Notes under the pieces: model-generated | Database searches by the model: none | Seen by the model: only the letters and a program-made list of their open reading frames with translations | Told to the model about the DNA's origin: nothing | Translations under genes and position numbers: made by a program | In this document: positions 26,811 to 39,625 of the stretch, piece after piece | How positions within the stretch are numbered: the stretch's first letter is position 1 | How the letters are laid out: each line of letters opens with the position of its first letter | Assembly (NCBI GenBank): GCA_028534125.1 | Contig: CM052817.1 | Location: 105,464,001-105,528,000, forward strand | DNA: 64,000 nucleotides | Direction: 5' to 3' | DNA from: Lama glama | Lineage: Eukaryota

Positions 26811-28944
26811 AAACTAACAGCTGTACCTATTTATTACTAAAAAAAAACTGACATTATTTTTAAATCTAAAAATCCTACAAAGTTTTGTATAATTTTATGA
26901 CTGTTTATTGTGCATTTCCATAGACTATGAATGCCTTGACTACAGTCCTTTTATTTTTGTTTTCTTTGGATGTCCAGCAACCACCTCAATGTCTGGACTT
27001 GCCAGGAAACTTATAATTTGGGAAATGAACCACGTATTAGTAGAGAGTGTTACAATGATCATATTACTTGATTTGATCAGATTTAGAGTGTGACAACCCA
27101 AACTGTATCTCCTCCCCTGAAATTTCAAATATTGGTTAAAATATGTTCATCATTTAAATTCCGTTTCCCATGTTCTTATCCTCTCATAACTGATGGACCC
27201 AGGTCAGGTCCCCCAAACTCCATCCTTCTCCCCATCAGTCAAATATGAAAGGACATGCTGGTTCAAGGTCAAATAGAGAAATCCCAGATAGGGCTGTGGG
27301 ATGTCCTGTTCTGCTTTCCCCATTCTTTGATCACAGTTTCTCCCTCTTCTCAATGCAGACACACACACGCACATATTTGAAGGCTCCTCTTTGGCAGTTT
27401 TCACCGACACCCAAATTGCTCCCTACCGCTCTGGACTTATCTCTCTCTCTTGTCAGTGATGTCCTTGCTATTATGGAAACATACCATTCTTCTTTACTGA
27501 GAACAGGATAATGCAAAATTGACTTAATTGGTGGCACAAAGTTTACATTTTGTGGTAAGAAAGAAGTTCTTGACAGGATTGCTAAACACTAAAATTGCCG
27601 AACAACAGTAGTTATTTCACAGTCTTAAAAAATAAGATAGTTTCCCATCGCTCTGGCAGAGATTGTTTTCCATCTTGTCTTGAAATTTAATGAGACTTCA
27701 AATATTGTTTTTCACCCGCATGCTTCTCAGATACATATTTAAAAATCTTCAGAAACCGTCTTTAAAATTGTAGATTCTGTTAAAGCCTCTTTGTCAAAAT
27801 GAACCACAATTGTAATGTTAGCTTTTTCCTTAAAGTGTTGTAAAATTTCTTAGCTAATATAATACCTACTTTTTCATTTTGAAATTATATCCTGCACCTG
27901 TCTTTTCTGTAGTATGTTTTATATCAATTTACTATCTGTAGTATGCATTTCAATTCAATGCATCATTTATAAAGACATCAGCATGGAGACTACTGGAAGA
28001 AAAATTCTTCGTAAAATAATCATGTAACAATATTAGAGAAATTGCGGTTACTTTCGAGGATATTAAGCCAAACTGTTATTTCCATTATCTCTGCAGCTCC
28101 CAGGATTCTGCTGGTTATTTTATGGGAGATGCTGAAAATATGGAATGCATTGTTACTTCAATAAGCTCATACTTTTGTGGTGAAAGTGATATTTTCAAGG
28201 TTAAAACTTCAAGATAAAAAACGCAAACATACCGAAATTGACACAACGTTGTAAACTCATTACACTTCAAAAAAAAAAAAAAGCAAGCATACATCATGTT
28301 AAGCTCCAAGTGCTCTAAAGGAGAGAGAGAGAAATATCAGAAAAATTAGGTAAAGACTTTTGGAAGGATACAAATATGAGCTTAGCATCATTAAAAATAG
28401 AATCAAGAAAAAAATATAAACACACATACACACAACTTCTTCAAAAGAAATCCAAATCTAAAAAACTTACTTTCAGTGAAAAACTTGCTGTACTATTTTG
28501 GAGCCAGATATGTATGGGTTTAAGTGCAAAATCTAGCACCATCTAACCCTCTGCCCTGGGGCACTGTTTCATCTCCCTGAGCTTCCTGTTCAGAACCTAT
28601 GAAATCATCACTATGGGAACACATAGTGTAGAGTTAAACTAAGAAAACGCATTTCAACACTGGAGCTAATTGAAGCTGTCATGTTTTCCTAAGTCCTTCA
28701 CAGAACCAATGACGTTGGCACAGAGAAAACACACAGTATATACGCTGTTATTAGATTCGGTACAAATGAAAAATGTCTACCCTCCCATGAAAATAGCCCA
28801 TTCCTTTTTTCACCTTGTACAAGTGATAAAGTATGCAAAGTAGAAACATGACACTGATGTACAAAGTATGTTGTCTGCTAGATATCTGCTTTAAACATTA
28901 ATAAAATCCATGATTCCTTTTTGATGATATTGCTTTGAAAATAA

Positions 28945-29163
<219 letters not shown>

Positions 29164-30797
29164 TGATTAAATTAACATGCTTATTTAAGTAGAGCACATA
29201 CAATATATTTACATTTGTTTGAATTTACTCTATATTGATAAAATATATGTTTTATTTATATTATTTAAGTGTAGACATAAAATATTTTACGAGAAAACAT
29301 TGATTACTCTATCAGCTGTATTAATTTTAAATTACATTTATATGCTCTTGTACAGTTTAAGAGAGATGTCCACTTTTAATGTACCTTAAATATCTAAAGG
29401 AATGACTAGTTCTTTATCTTATAGGATTTATAAGATATTTCCAAATATTTTCTGGGGCTTCTGTAAAGTTTAATTTTCTATCAGTCAATAGAAACTTGTC
29501 TATCTGGTATTCAAGGGCAGTTGAGTATATCTATAACATAATATAAATATGTGATTTAAGAAGGTATTAAATCACTCACATATTTTGGTACTTTTTCAAT
29601 AATCAAAGATCAATTATAATATATCAAATCTGGTTTTAATATGAAGTCCACATTATTCAATTTGTTTCTTTGAAATTTGTCACCAAAGGTTTTTTTTAAC
29701 ATATTAAAAACTCATTATTCAAGAGAATATTTTAATAAACAAAAAATCTCTATGTGAGCCACTTTGGAAAAAAACAGAAAATTTTTATGTGTGTATTATT
29801 GAGATAGACAGACTCCTCTGAATGAAACTGTAATCCCCAGATTTAAGAATCTAAACTAGTTGTAGAAGTGTAAAATAAGGGACATAAGATTTGTCCAAAA
29901 ACATACATAGGTTTTAGGGAGCAATGGAGAGAACCACCCAATCTTGGGGTGACTAGGAAGATGGTGGTAGCATGAGGAATTTTGCTAACTTCTTGATGAT
30001 TTCCAAAATGTATCTTAAGATGGATTTTGCTGTCATGCTTAGCAGGGAATAGTATTTTCCAGAAAGACTCAGTCGTCTATTTCCACAACATCATGCCATT
30101 CAACCTTTATAACCAATTCTATCTCTTATTTAAAAAATCCAACAATATGGAATATTGGTCTTAGTACACAAGTATTTCTATGCTTTGGAATAGTGTAACT
30201 TAGTATGGAGGCTTCATATAACGTGACCTTGTGACAAAATTGAGTACAGTTTTTGTCAATCCAGTTAATGAAAATATTCATCATTTTCATTATCTTTTTT
30301 AATTCAACCTACATTTATTTAGTAGTTACTAAATCCCAGGCAATGGGATTTATGACATTTAACTCTGGAATTTGAGGGTAAAATGAGAAAAATTTTATTT
30401 AAGATATCTATTTTGTTCTATTTCTCCTAATTTATTTTTCAAGAATGAAACTCTTTAGAATTTTATATCTGTAGTAATAATAAGAGATGACTAGTTAATT
30501 CAAGAAAAATGAGTTTATAATTAAGGCATGTCACCTTGCTCTATGTGTGTCTGATGTATTAGAATATATTGGAGTTTTGTTTTTGTTTCTTTTTTTATTT
30601 TTATAATAATTTTTAGTCTTTATTAACCTGTCTACACTGCTGTAACCACTGGTTGGGTATGACACGTGATCTGTCTGAGTCTAATTATTGTCATATTATC
30701 CACTTCTGAATCCAAAGGAAAAAAATCCAAATCATTAGAAAACAGCAGTATCAGCATTTCACCTATGCAAGTGTCAAGTTTCTGCTACATCCAAGTT

Positions 30798-31632
30798 TAT
30801 ATTAGCTCCTAGGGTGGCGGGAACAAAACATCGCACACTAGGGGGCACACCAACCTCTCTCTCGGTTCCGGAGGCTCAGGGTTTGAGATCGAGGTGTTGG
30901 CCCATCCACACTCCCTCTGAAGCCTCAGGGGAGGAGTATCTTCCTGCCTCTTTCAGCTTCTGGCAGCACCGGGCATCCTTGGCTTTAGATGCCTCACTCC
31001 AGTCTCTGCCTCTGTGGTCACACAGCTTCTCTCTGTGTAGTTGTCTTCACATCATCTTGTCTCTTCTTTTTAAGAGACTATCAGGTCTCTTTAAAAAAAA
31101 AAAAAAAAAAAAAGGGAAAGAGAGAGAGAGTGATGACTAGGAAAGCAAATCTCTGCCACTGAAACCTGGAACTTGGCCCCAAGACGGAGTCTCACCAGAA
31201 GAGGCTCGATCAAAAGTATGTCCCAATCGGCTCTCTCTCCTCCAATAAACCTGCGTCAGCTCAGGAAGGAAGGACGTATCATCAGCAGGAATAATGGCGT
31301 GAAGTGAAAAGAACCTGAGATGTCGATCTTTGCTTGACACAAACCCCCATCATTTTCCTGCCTGGCATTTTTTCTTGGGATTCCCATTTTTTCCCGATGG
31401 TGCGGTCAGCTGTGTCTGGGCCGCCTCCATCTGCATTGTGGTTTCCTAGCTCACTTTCTTTTTAAGACATCACTCGTATTGGAGTAAGGGTGCACCCTCC
31501 TCCAGCAGACCCTCGTCTTATATTCTCTAATGACGTCTTCAAGGACCCTATTTCCAAAAAAGCTTACATTCTGAGGTACTTAGGGTTAAGGCTTTAAAAT
31601 GTCATTGGGGAGAACACAACTCTACCCAAAAT
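30798..31632 (-). mobile_element. MLT1B/C-like solo LTR, split by a 380-bp insertion (31076-31455)
   Basis: Left half: ctccctctgaag..cttcctgcctctttcagcttctgg..ccagtctctgcctc. Right half: taagacatcactcgtattgga..gaccctatttccaaa..cacaactctaccca. Halves joined by duplicated TTCTTTTTAAGA. Confidence 0.8.
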
Positions 31633-32199
31633 AAAATCACCTGCTATAAAGTTTAGGTTAGTTTTCTCTGCTCCCTTTGATCTGGACTCACTGTTACATG
31701 TGAAAAGTGCCCTTCCAGTTCATCTGAAAGTTACGAGGCAAGAGTCGAAAGGATCATCAGAATCCCATTTATATCTTGGCCATCCCTGAGGTACCTACAA
31801 GGCGGGACCAGGGAAGGTGATGTTTATGAACTTCTGCATGCATCCCGCAGAAGTCAGTACTTCGCCTTCAACAGTAATAGTGGAAAAGTTAGTACCTCTT
31901 TTGTCAGCAGTTAATGAAATTTAAAAAACCCAGAAGATTCTAACAGGCACTCTGGAAAAGACATAATGTATTTCTAGCACAAATATTGTGTTGGATTTGT
32001 GTATTTTTAGGTTACAGGTGCATTTTAAGCACCTATATGCCAAGTAGTATAACCAATAATACATCTGACCTTAATAATAAACTTGGAAACATATGATCTC
32101 ATAATTTAAGACCAAATTTGAAAATAATTTAAAATAAAAGAGTAAAAGGGAAAGAACCATAATGGTGTCTGTTAATAATTTACAAGGTCTTATTAGCAA

Positions 32200-32890
32200 A
32201 AATGTGATGTGTAACTCTAAGATACTGCCAATGACAAGTAAAAATTAAAGAACATAATTTGGCCTTGAGGTTTTATAAATGCAGTGTGAAAGCTGGCTGC
32301 ACACATTTTATTCTTACTCCACATAATGACTATGTATTCTAAAGCTTCTCTTGCAGATTTTCAAGGAAATTAGAACCTAGAGGCCTTTCTAGATGAGAAA
32401 AAAGACATAATAAAAAGCAATAGAAAGGGGGTAAGGCCTCCAGTATCACAGTTAGCAGCTTGTCACAGCGAGAAAGTATTTGCTAAGATGAGCTGACCCA
32501 TCAGGGAAGTAGATCTCATTTGATCCACTGCTTCCGCACATTAATGTGAACGTCAGCACCTGTCGTTTAGTCTTTCAGCTGGAGGCTGATTTTTATACGT
32601 TGAGAATATCCAACTATAAAGTGCAAATGTATCACAAAGCAAAACTGGAGTTTCAAAGGAGTCATGTTTTATGAAGTTGATACAATGTTAGAATGCTGGT
32701 CGATTTGACAATTGAGGGTCTGGAAGAGTTAAAACAGGTAATAACTGAAGAAGAGAAGTCAACAAAGATGAAGGTGGGATACGCATTTCAAAAATCAAAA
32801 GCGAATAATATCTCAAATAGCAAAGGCATCAACGGCACTACCCCCCATGAAGTCCTCAAATATTTTTCAAAAAGGACCATTTTTATGATC
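32200..32890 (+). mobile_element. Possible highly decayed Tigger/pogo-family transposase relic
   Basis: Peptide EVD..V..DLTIEGLEELKQVITEEE resembles Tigger transposase C-terminal segments; many stops and frameshifts. Confidence 0.3.
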
Positions 32891-32894
32891 ACAC

Positions 32895-33125
32895 TGTATT
32901 AGTTAAGAACTTTGATTCTAGAATCTGTGTTCAAATCCCATCTCCACTGCTTAACTACCTGTGCGACCTTTGGCAAGTTCCCTGACCTCTGTGTCTGTTT
33001 CCTTTTCTACATATTAGCTATGATAATAGTACCTAGGATGTAATTTGGACGTGATCTCAGTATTATTTAGAATATGTACATTTCTCAGATACGGGGCTAG
33101 CACATAGAAAACATGATGTCATTGC
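32895..33125 (+). mobile_element. MIR SINE
   Basis: gttcaaatcccatctccactgcttaactacctgtgcgacctttggcaagtt..ataatagtacct. Confidence 0.75.
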
Positions 33126-34015
33126 TAGCTTTAATTATATTTTCACATATAAGTTTCCTGTGGATATTGTGATATTAGTAAAAATAAAAGGGGGCACCTG
33201 TGCTTGAGTTAGTGAAGGAGCAACTGATCATTACTTCCTTCCAGCCTACCCTTTGCATTTTTTAATGTTTTGGGTTGGATGGAAGGTGAGAATGAATCAA
33301 ATACCATTAATTCACAGCCATTATAAGCCAGAAATCCACCATATACATTATTAAACGTCTGGAAAGTTTTAATACCCATTATATAATGAAAACATTTGCT
33401 CTTGCAAAAGATGAAAGATGATTTTGGTTATTCCAAGAGGTGGGAAAAAATAAACGGTAGCATTTTTTTTTATTTGTATTTGGTTTGCTCATCTCGTTTG
33501 AAGTATTAATCAACTTAACTCATATAGTTAGCATGGATGTTATTAAGTCCTGAGTTCTAGCCTAGAGACAAGTACGTATCATTCAGCGACTACTGTGTTA
33601 CTGGGCACTTTCCCCAGCATATGTAGTGCCCATGCCTTTACATATGCGATGGTAGATTGAATGGAACTTAAAATAAATATCACATATATCTTATTTTGAG
33701 ATGCTGGTATGTACTATACTGAAATATCTCTACATATCAAAACTATCAAATACTGAATTTCATGCCGGTTTTTCTTGCCCATAAACCCAAGTTATAAGAA
33801 ATAACTGAAAGCAATGTTTTGAGTAAGGAAGAAACAATACATTGTAATTGATGATTTTTACAATTTCAGTATTTTAAACATACATAGGTCCTCAGTTACT
33901 AATAGTGCAGTAATTGAGTGATAGTGATAATAATAATAGTAGTAACAGTAATAATACTATGATTACATTACCGTAACCCAGGTGTCTGGTGTCCCTTTGC
34001 ATTCATCTTTGAGCT

Positions 34016-34060
34016 ACACACGCACACGCACACGCACACGCACAGGCACACACACACACA
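34016..34060 (+). repeat. (CACGCA)n(CA)n microsatellite
   Basis: acacacgcacacgcacacgcacacgcacaggcacacacacacaca. Confidence 0.9.
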
Positions 34061-35522
34061 AATCCACTTGCAAAATGCAATGTGGACTTGGTTGAATGAT
34101 TGAAGCTGTACCAAGGAGACAGAGGAGGGGTTTACGTCACATATTACACAAATCCCTGGTTGAAATCCAGTTTAGATGAAGCACTCCGTACACCTTTCCT
34201 TTCCTGATGTTCTGTCCAGAGCCTGCTTTGCATCTCCTACACCACCAATGAGGTCCCCAAGTCTCTCTCGCAAGTTCAAGTCCTTCACTTTCCCTGGGGC
34301 TCCCAATTCCTTAGCCTCGGTGAAGGAATCCAGAAACAACAGGGTTCTGCTCTGGTGTGTATAAGCTCCTCCTGAGTGTGCATAACCAAATACATCAGAT
34401 TTAATAGTTGTCAGCATCTTCCTTTCTTAAAAACAAATGGCAAGTTATAGACTATCACAACGCTGTTATCAAAAGCCAGTATCTGGCACGCTTTCCTCAG
34501 GGGAAATATATCTTCAGTCCTGGACACTAGAGGAAATTCCTCTCCTCTGTTTTCTGCCCTAATTTTTACACTCTCACAGCCAGATGAAGTCCCCTGCCTC
34601 TCCCCTTCCTCAGTTGTATATTACGTCCATTTCCCCCCCTTGGGTGACAATTTCTGCCTCCCCAAAGGCTAGAGTTGGATGAGAAGGGAGAACGGGTTAT
34701 CTGTCAAGTTAGGTTTTACAGAAAGAGACTAGATCATCACTCTCTCTTCTCCCATATGAATGTCTTAATTGCTGCGACAAAGTTAGTATTTGATTTAGTA
34801 TTTATTCAATCACATGTAAAGGGGATTTTTGGGGGGAGCATGTTTGTTAACTTTCTATCCTCTCTTTATTGACAATAGGTAAATGGACATTTAATTTATT
34901 TTGTTCTGAGTGGCCCTGTGTCTTTTCTTGAGTCTGTGCTGTATTGTGTGGACCCCATTCAGAATGAGCTTTTTCCTAGAACCAAGCTGATGAGGTGTGA
35001 AACCTCACAGGTTTGGTGTTCTAGTCCCCAGATCTAAACAAGTGTCTGAGACCCATCTCTGTGTTCTGACTCTCTCTCTTGCTTTCTCCTAAATTGTCTT
35101 CTCCAACAGTGAGAATTGCTCTCTCTGGGTCTTTGGTGAAATCTGCACTTTTCTAGTCCCCGCTTCAGTGGCACGTGTCCTTGTAGCGATATGCTCCAAG
35201 TTGGTATAATGTTCCAATATACGCCTCATAGGATAACAGCTCACTGCAAAGGCCTCAACATCCATTAGAAATTTTCTTTATCTGAAACGTGTTCACACAC
35301 TAGGTTTCTCCCCTTGGTGTTGTGTATATGACCAGTGCGGTCAGGCATTTGACTACATGGTCATATATTTGTGGTTCCAAGAACATATGCTATTCCTCAG
35401 AAAGACTTGTAATGCTTGAAATAGAGATTTCAGGATGAAGTGGCTTAAGGTATCAACACGTTTCTCTTGGCAGGCTTGCGTGTAGGGAAAGGTCATTGGA
35501 AGAATGAAGGTTAATGATCATT

Positions 35523-36015
35523 TGTTATGAAAAGAAGGTTCACTCAGAAGGGAGAGCGGCTTAGGAGATGCACGCTCCATAGGCAGAATGAGGGCCATCC
35601 CAGCAAGGCGAGAGGGAGAGAAGCTGAGAAGTGCGGGGTGTTCAGTTTAAAGTAAAAACACATACACACTCCATAGACAGAGTGCAGACCATCTCAGAAG
35701 GCCAGAGAGAGGGAGTGACTGAGAGGTGGGGAGTTACATTTTATGGGCTCAGTAATTGCATATGCTAATGGTAGGAGGACTATTCCAGCTACTTTGGGGA
35801 AGGGGTGAGGATTTACAGGAAACAGTTCCCCCCGCTCATTTTTTGACCTTTAATGGTCAGCCTGGGAACTGTCATGGCCCTGTGGGTGCGCCATGAGGCT
35901 CAAGGTCTACTGGGAGTTGAATCTTCCACCATCTTGGTTCTAACCAGTGTGTCCTGTCCTCACTGCTGTGTCACTCCTTCAATGGTTGCACCCTGCCCCC
36001 TTTCCTCCCACTTCA
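35523..36015 (-). mobile_element. MER41-like ERV1 solo LTR, antisense, with an internal duplication
   Basis: About 35900-36015 is close to the reverse complement of 16744-16860; segment cacgctccataggcagaatg..gggag / cacactccatagacagagtg..gggag occurs twice. Confidence 0.85.
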
Positions 36016-37349
36016 AAACCACCATAGAATTTAAGTAAGCAAAGTCATTCCCTCGTGATTCTAGAGTTTAAATAAGCAGCTGTATTGAGTATATTGATTT
36101 AGCCTTTTCTTCATTTAGGTTCCATCATCTTAGTAAGCTGATTCACATTAGGAATGCATATTAGAATGAAATATTTCCCTAATGTGCACATATGCCAACT
36201 CCTTATTAAAATAATAAAAAGAACGACTTGTTCTCAGGCTTTAGATTATTGTGTTATATATATTTGACTTAAAAAGCCATTTGCTCAATGACTACCATAT
36301 GTGACTACATTTACCAAATTAAACAAAAATCAAGAATAAATAACACTAGATATTTTTAGGCTTACAGGATGGGCATGGCAATGATGTTTCTGCAGACTTT
36401 GTACATATCAATTTTCTTTAAAAATGATTAGAATGGTTTCGTACGGAATGGAGAGTTAATCTTTATTTTGAGTTGATAAAACCTGTTACAGTTTTAACGA
36501 CTTTAAAAAAGGTTCTGCCGTCTAGTCAACATATTCATTTACTATGAGATTGGTAAGAACTGTTTGTCTCATGGATAAAAAGCTATTTTAGTGGGAACGC
36601 ACTAGATACAAACAAGTAAGCACTCATGTGGATAGAAAAAGAGACAAGTGGGGATTTTCAGGGAATGATGCTGTAATGATTAATCCTATTTAACATTGAA
36701 AAACCCCATAGACCTACCAGGTATACAAAATAAGGCAGCAGAAGCCAAGTGTTTGACTTAGAATGACATTGGCAATGCCAGTAGGTGGATCCTCCTGGTA
36801 CTGAGAATTTCAAATGCTGAAGATTTCAGAATCATAATAATAGCCACAATTAGCACTTAAGAGAGGAAGGGAAGGCCCATAATTGTTGGTGTAGGTGCAG
36901 CTCAGAGCTACAATTACTAAATAGTACCTTCAGTTGTACTTGGAAACCTTAGTAACAAGTTTCAAATATTTGTTTTTTTTCTTTAATGCTGTTCCTAATG
37001 TGCATAACTTGAAAATTAAAATTAAATTTTTGGAAAAATGTTAAACACATTATTTGTATCATCTTTCCTTTAGAATGTCAAGGTGCATTTAAAATGTTGG
37101 CATTCAAGTTCCCATAATCCCCGTGGGCCCTAGAGAATGCCTTAAAAATTCTCTCTTCCCATCGGTGGTTTAAGCTAGACTTTCAAAATTAATGTTGGCC
37201 CTAGTGATTTTTTAAATGTCTTCTAACATGTTAGGCATGTTACAAAACCTAAAAGAGAACTTAGAAGATGTGATTATTTTCATAGAATTCCTTTCTTGTA
37301 ATACACCCGTTGCAGGGTAGCACCAGCTTTGTTTGATTAGACAATTATA

Positions 37350-37560
37350 ATCTGTAATATTATTTACTCTCTGTCGTTGCACTCTGTTTACTTTGAAGCA
37401 CTGTTGAAAATCTAATTATCTTGTCTATGTAATCTTTTAGTGACGTGTTCCCACTTGACCGTCCTAGAATATTAACTCCATGAGGCAGACACCATGTCAT
37501 TCTTACTTACTAATGTATCGCCTTCCCCTAGCACTGTTCTTGGCACATGGTGGCTTCCGA
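37350..37560 (+). mobile_element. L2 3' end fragment
   Basis: ctagaatattaactccatgaggcagacacc..gtatcgccttcccctagcactgttcttggcacatggtgg. Confidence 0.7.
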
Positions 37561-37687
37561 GAAAGGATAGAAAGAGGGAGAGAGGGAGGGAGAGAGGCAG
37601 AAGAGGAAAAGAAAGTGGACAAGAGGGTGTTTGGAGGACCAAGTAACTAAGGAGCCAACCTATATCAGTGTGGGGGAAACTTACAGC

Positions 37688-38184
37688 TGTTGCAGGAGAA
37701 GGGGCCATGAGAGGATGATCACAACTCAGGCTGAGGGTCCTTGGCTCCCTGCAGGTAGGAATGTGAGAGCGAGCTGTAGTAAAGTGCAAGCAAGTTTATT
37801 TAGAGAGATACACATCCATAAACAGAATGTGGTCCATTTCAGAAGGGAGAGTGGCCCTGGGGTACAGGGTCACAGGTGGTTAGCTTTTATGGGCATGTTA
37901 TGCCAACAAATAAGAGGATTATTCTGTTTTGGGAAAAGGGCAGGGACTTCCAGGAATTTGGCCATTGCCCACTTTTTGGCCTCTTATGTCAGCTTGGGAG
38001 TTGTCTTAGTGCCTGTGGGTGTGCCACTTAGCAGCTCATGTATTACAATGAGCATATCAAGTTCTACTGGAAGGCAAATCTCCACCATCTTGGGCCCAGT
38101 TGGTTCTAACCAGTTTATGTTGTATCTTCAATTGCTGTGTCATTCTTTTAAAGGTTGTGCCCTGCCTCCTCCCCTCCTGTCTTA
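37688..38184 (-). mobile_element. MER41-like ERV1 solo LTR, antisense
   Basis: Homologous to the other two copies (gcaagtttatttagagagatacac, ccaccatcttgg, tggttctaaccagt, tgctgtgtca); near-TSD cagc/aagc. Confidence 0.85.
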
Positions 38185-38807
38185 AAGCCAATGCCTGGGG
38201 ATGTTATTTACTACCAAAGGAGCACGTTTATTTCCTGAGCCTTGGGCTTGGATGTAATGGATACATTTGCCAAGTAAAGAAGTGAATGTATCTGCCTCCC
38301 CTCAACTTCTCAAATGTGATGCACTTTCTTTAAGACAGTGGATCCCTGAGCTCTAACTCTGCTAAGACCATTGTGATTCTGACATGGCCATGATTCATTT
38401 GAGAAACATAATTTGCAAAGAAAGAGGAAGAGCTCAGATTACTTGAACTTATGAGTGGCATATCCCATGAGTTCATGTGTTCTCCTAATTCACCAAGGAG
38501 AGTAAAGAAAAAGACACAAACTGCAAGATTTCTCTCCTCTGTCTCCCTACCCCCCATATCAACAGTCTCATCATCATGATCTGACTTGAGACCATCAGAA
38601 TCAATCGCACATACTTGATCCCTTTCATGAGAGTTGGTGTAATAATCTTGAATTTCCAAGTCATGCTTTAGCCCAGAAATCTAATACCTGTTAATCTCTA
38701 TAGGCAGGGAGATACTCCTTTACATCTACCCCGGCACTTTCTGTTTCTCTTTCCAGTTTTATTTATCTTTATATAAGTTATCATCATTCGAGATACTGTG
38801 TATTTTA

Positions 38808-39004
38808 CAAGCATGCCTCTGAGATACTGCGGCTTCCACTCCAGACCACTGCAATAGAGCGAATATGACAGTAAAGCAAGTCACACAAAGTTATTTTGTC
38901 TCCCAGTGCATATAAAAAATGTGTTTACACTATACAATAGTCTATGAAGTGTGCAATAGAATTGTGTCTAATTTAAATTGTGTCTTAATTAAAAAGATAC
39001 TTTA
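38808..39004 (-). mobile_element. Tigger1-like DNA transposon terminal fragment
   Basis: TA followed by caagcatgcctctgagatactgcgg..ccagaccactgcaata..cccagtgcatataaaa..gtttacactata..aagtgtgcaatag. Confidence 0.85.
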
Positions 39005-39500
39005 CCAGTGAAATTATAAGTGGCCTCCTTGACCAAAGCATCCTAGGATACTTAAATGACAAAAATTCAGTGATTCTGGCCTTGTCAGGAATCATTAGTT
39101 CAGATGTAACATATATTTTGAGGCACCTGGAGTGGGAAGTTTTGGAACCAGAGCCAGACAAAATGAAACAAATTGCCTACAACTTTGAATCCCCTGCACC
39201 AGAGTGCTTAGTGTGTTACTTTACATATATATACACACACATGTATATATATATTTTCTTCCCAACAGTCAAACAATCAGTACTTTAAGGCCATCAAAAT
39301 GCTGACTATTTGAAGTAATTGTTCCAAGCTGGTTAGAAGATCATAGGAACGTATCTCCCGCATTTGGAACGCCCCAGACTGTTTCAAATCTCTCACTGGG
39401 AAACAAAGGAGAGATTTCACTTGGAAGTGTCTTAAGTAGGCTATTTCATTGACCAAAAATGGAATAAAGGAGGAAAACATGTATTTAAAACGTTTCAAAT

Positions 39501-39625
39501 GGGGGTGGGTGCAGCTCAGTGGTAGAGTGTGCGCTTAGCACGCAGGAAGTCCAGGGTTCAATCCCCAGTGCCTCTGTTTAAACAACAACAATGACAAATT
39601 ACCACCCCCACCAAAAAACAAACAA
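39501..39625 (+). mobile_element. Vic-1-type tRNA-derived SINE
   Basis: A-box agctcagtggtagag, B-box ggttcaatccc, A-rich tail with taccaccccc. Confidence 0.85.

Noticed and set aside
31137..31340. 67-aa minus-strand ORF in the orphan insert as a processed pseudogene CDS
   Set aside because: No recognisable protein similarity, a non-ATG start and no correctly placed poly-A tail.
37631..38185. 184-aa ORF, the longest gap-free ORF in the track
   Set aside because: It lies almost entirely antisense within a MER41-like LTR and shows no recognisable protein similarity.
39501..39575. tRNA-like sequences (also at 7610, 41095 and 47953)
   Set aside because: They are SINE heads with A-rich tails and, for some copies, TSDs; the cloverleaf is degenerate.
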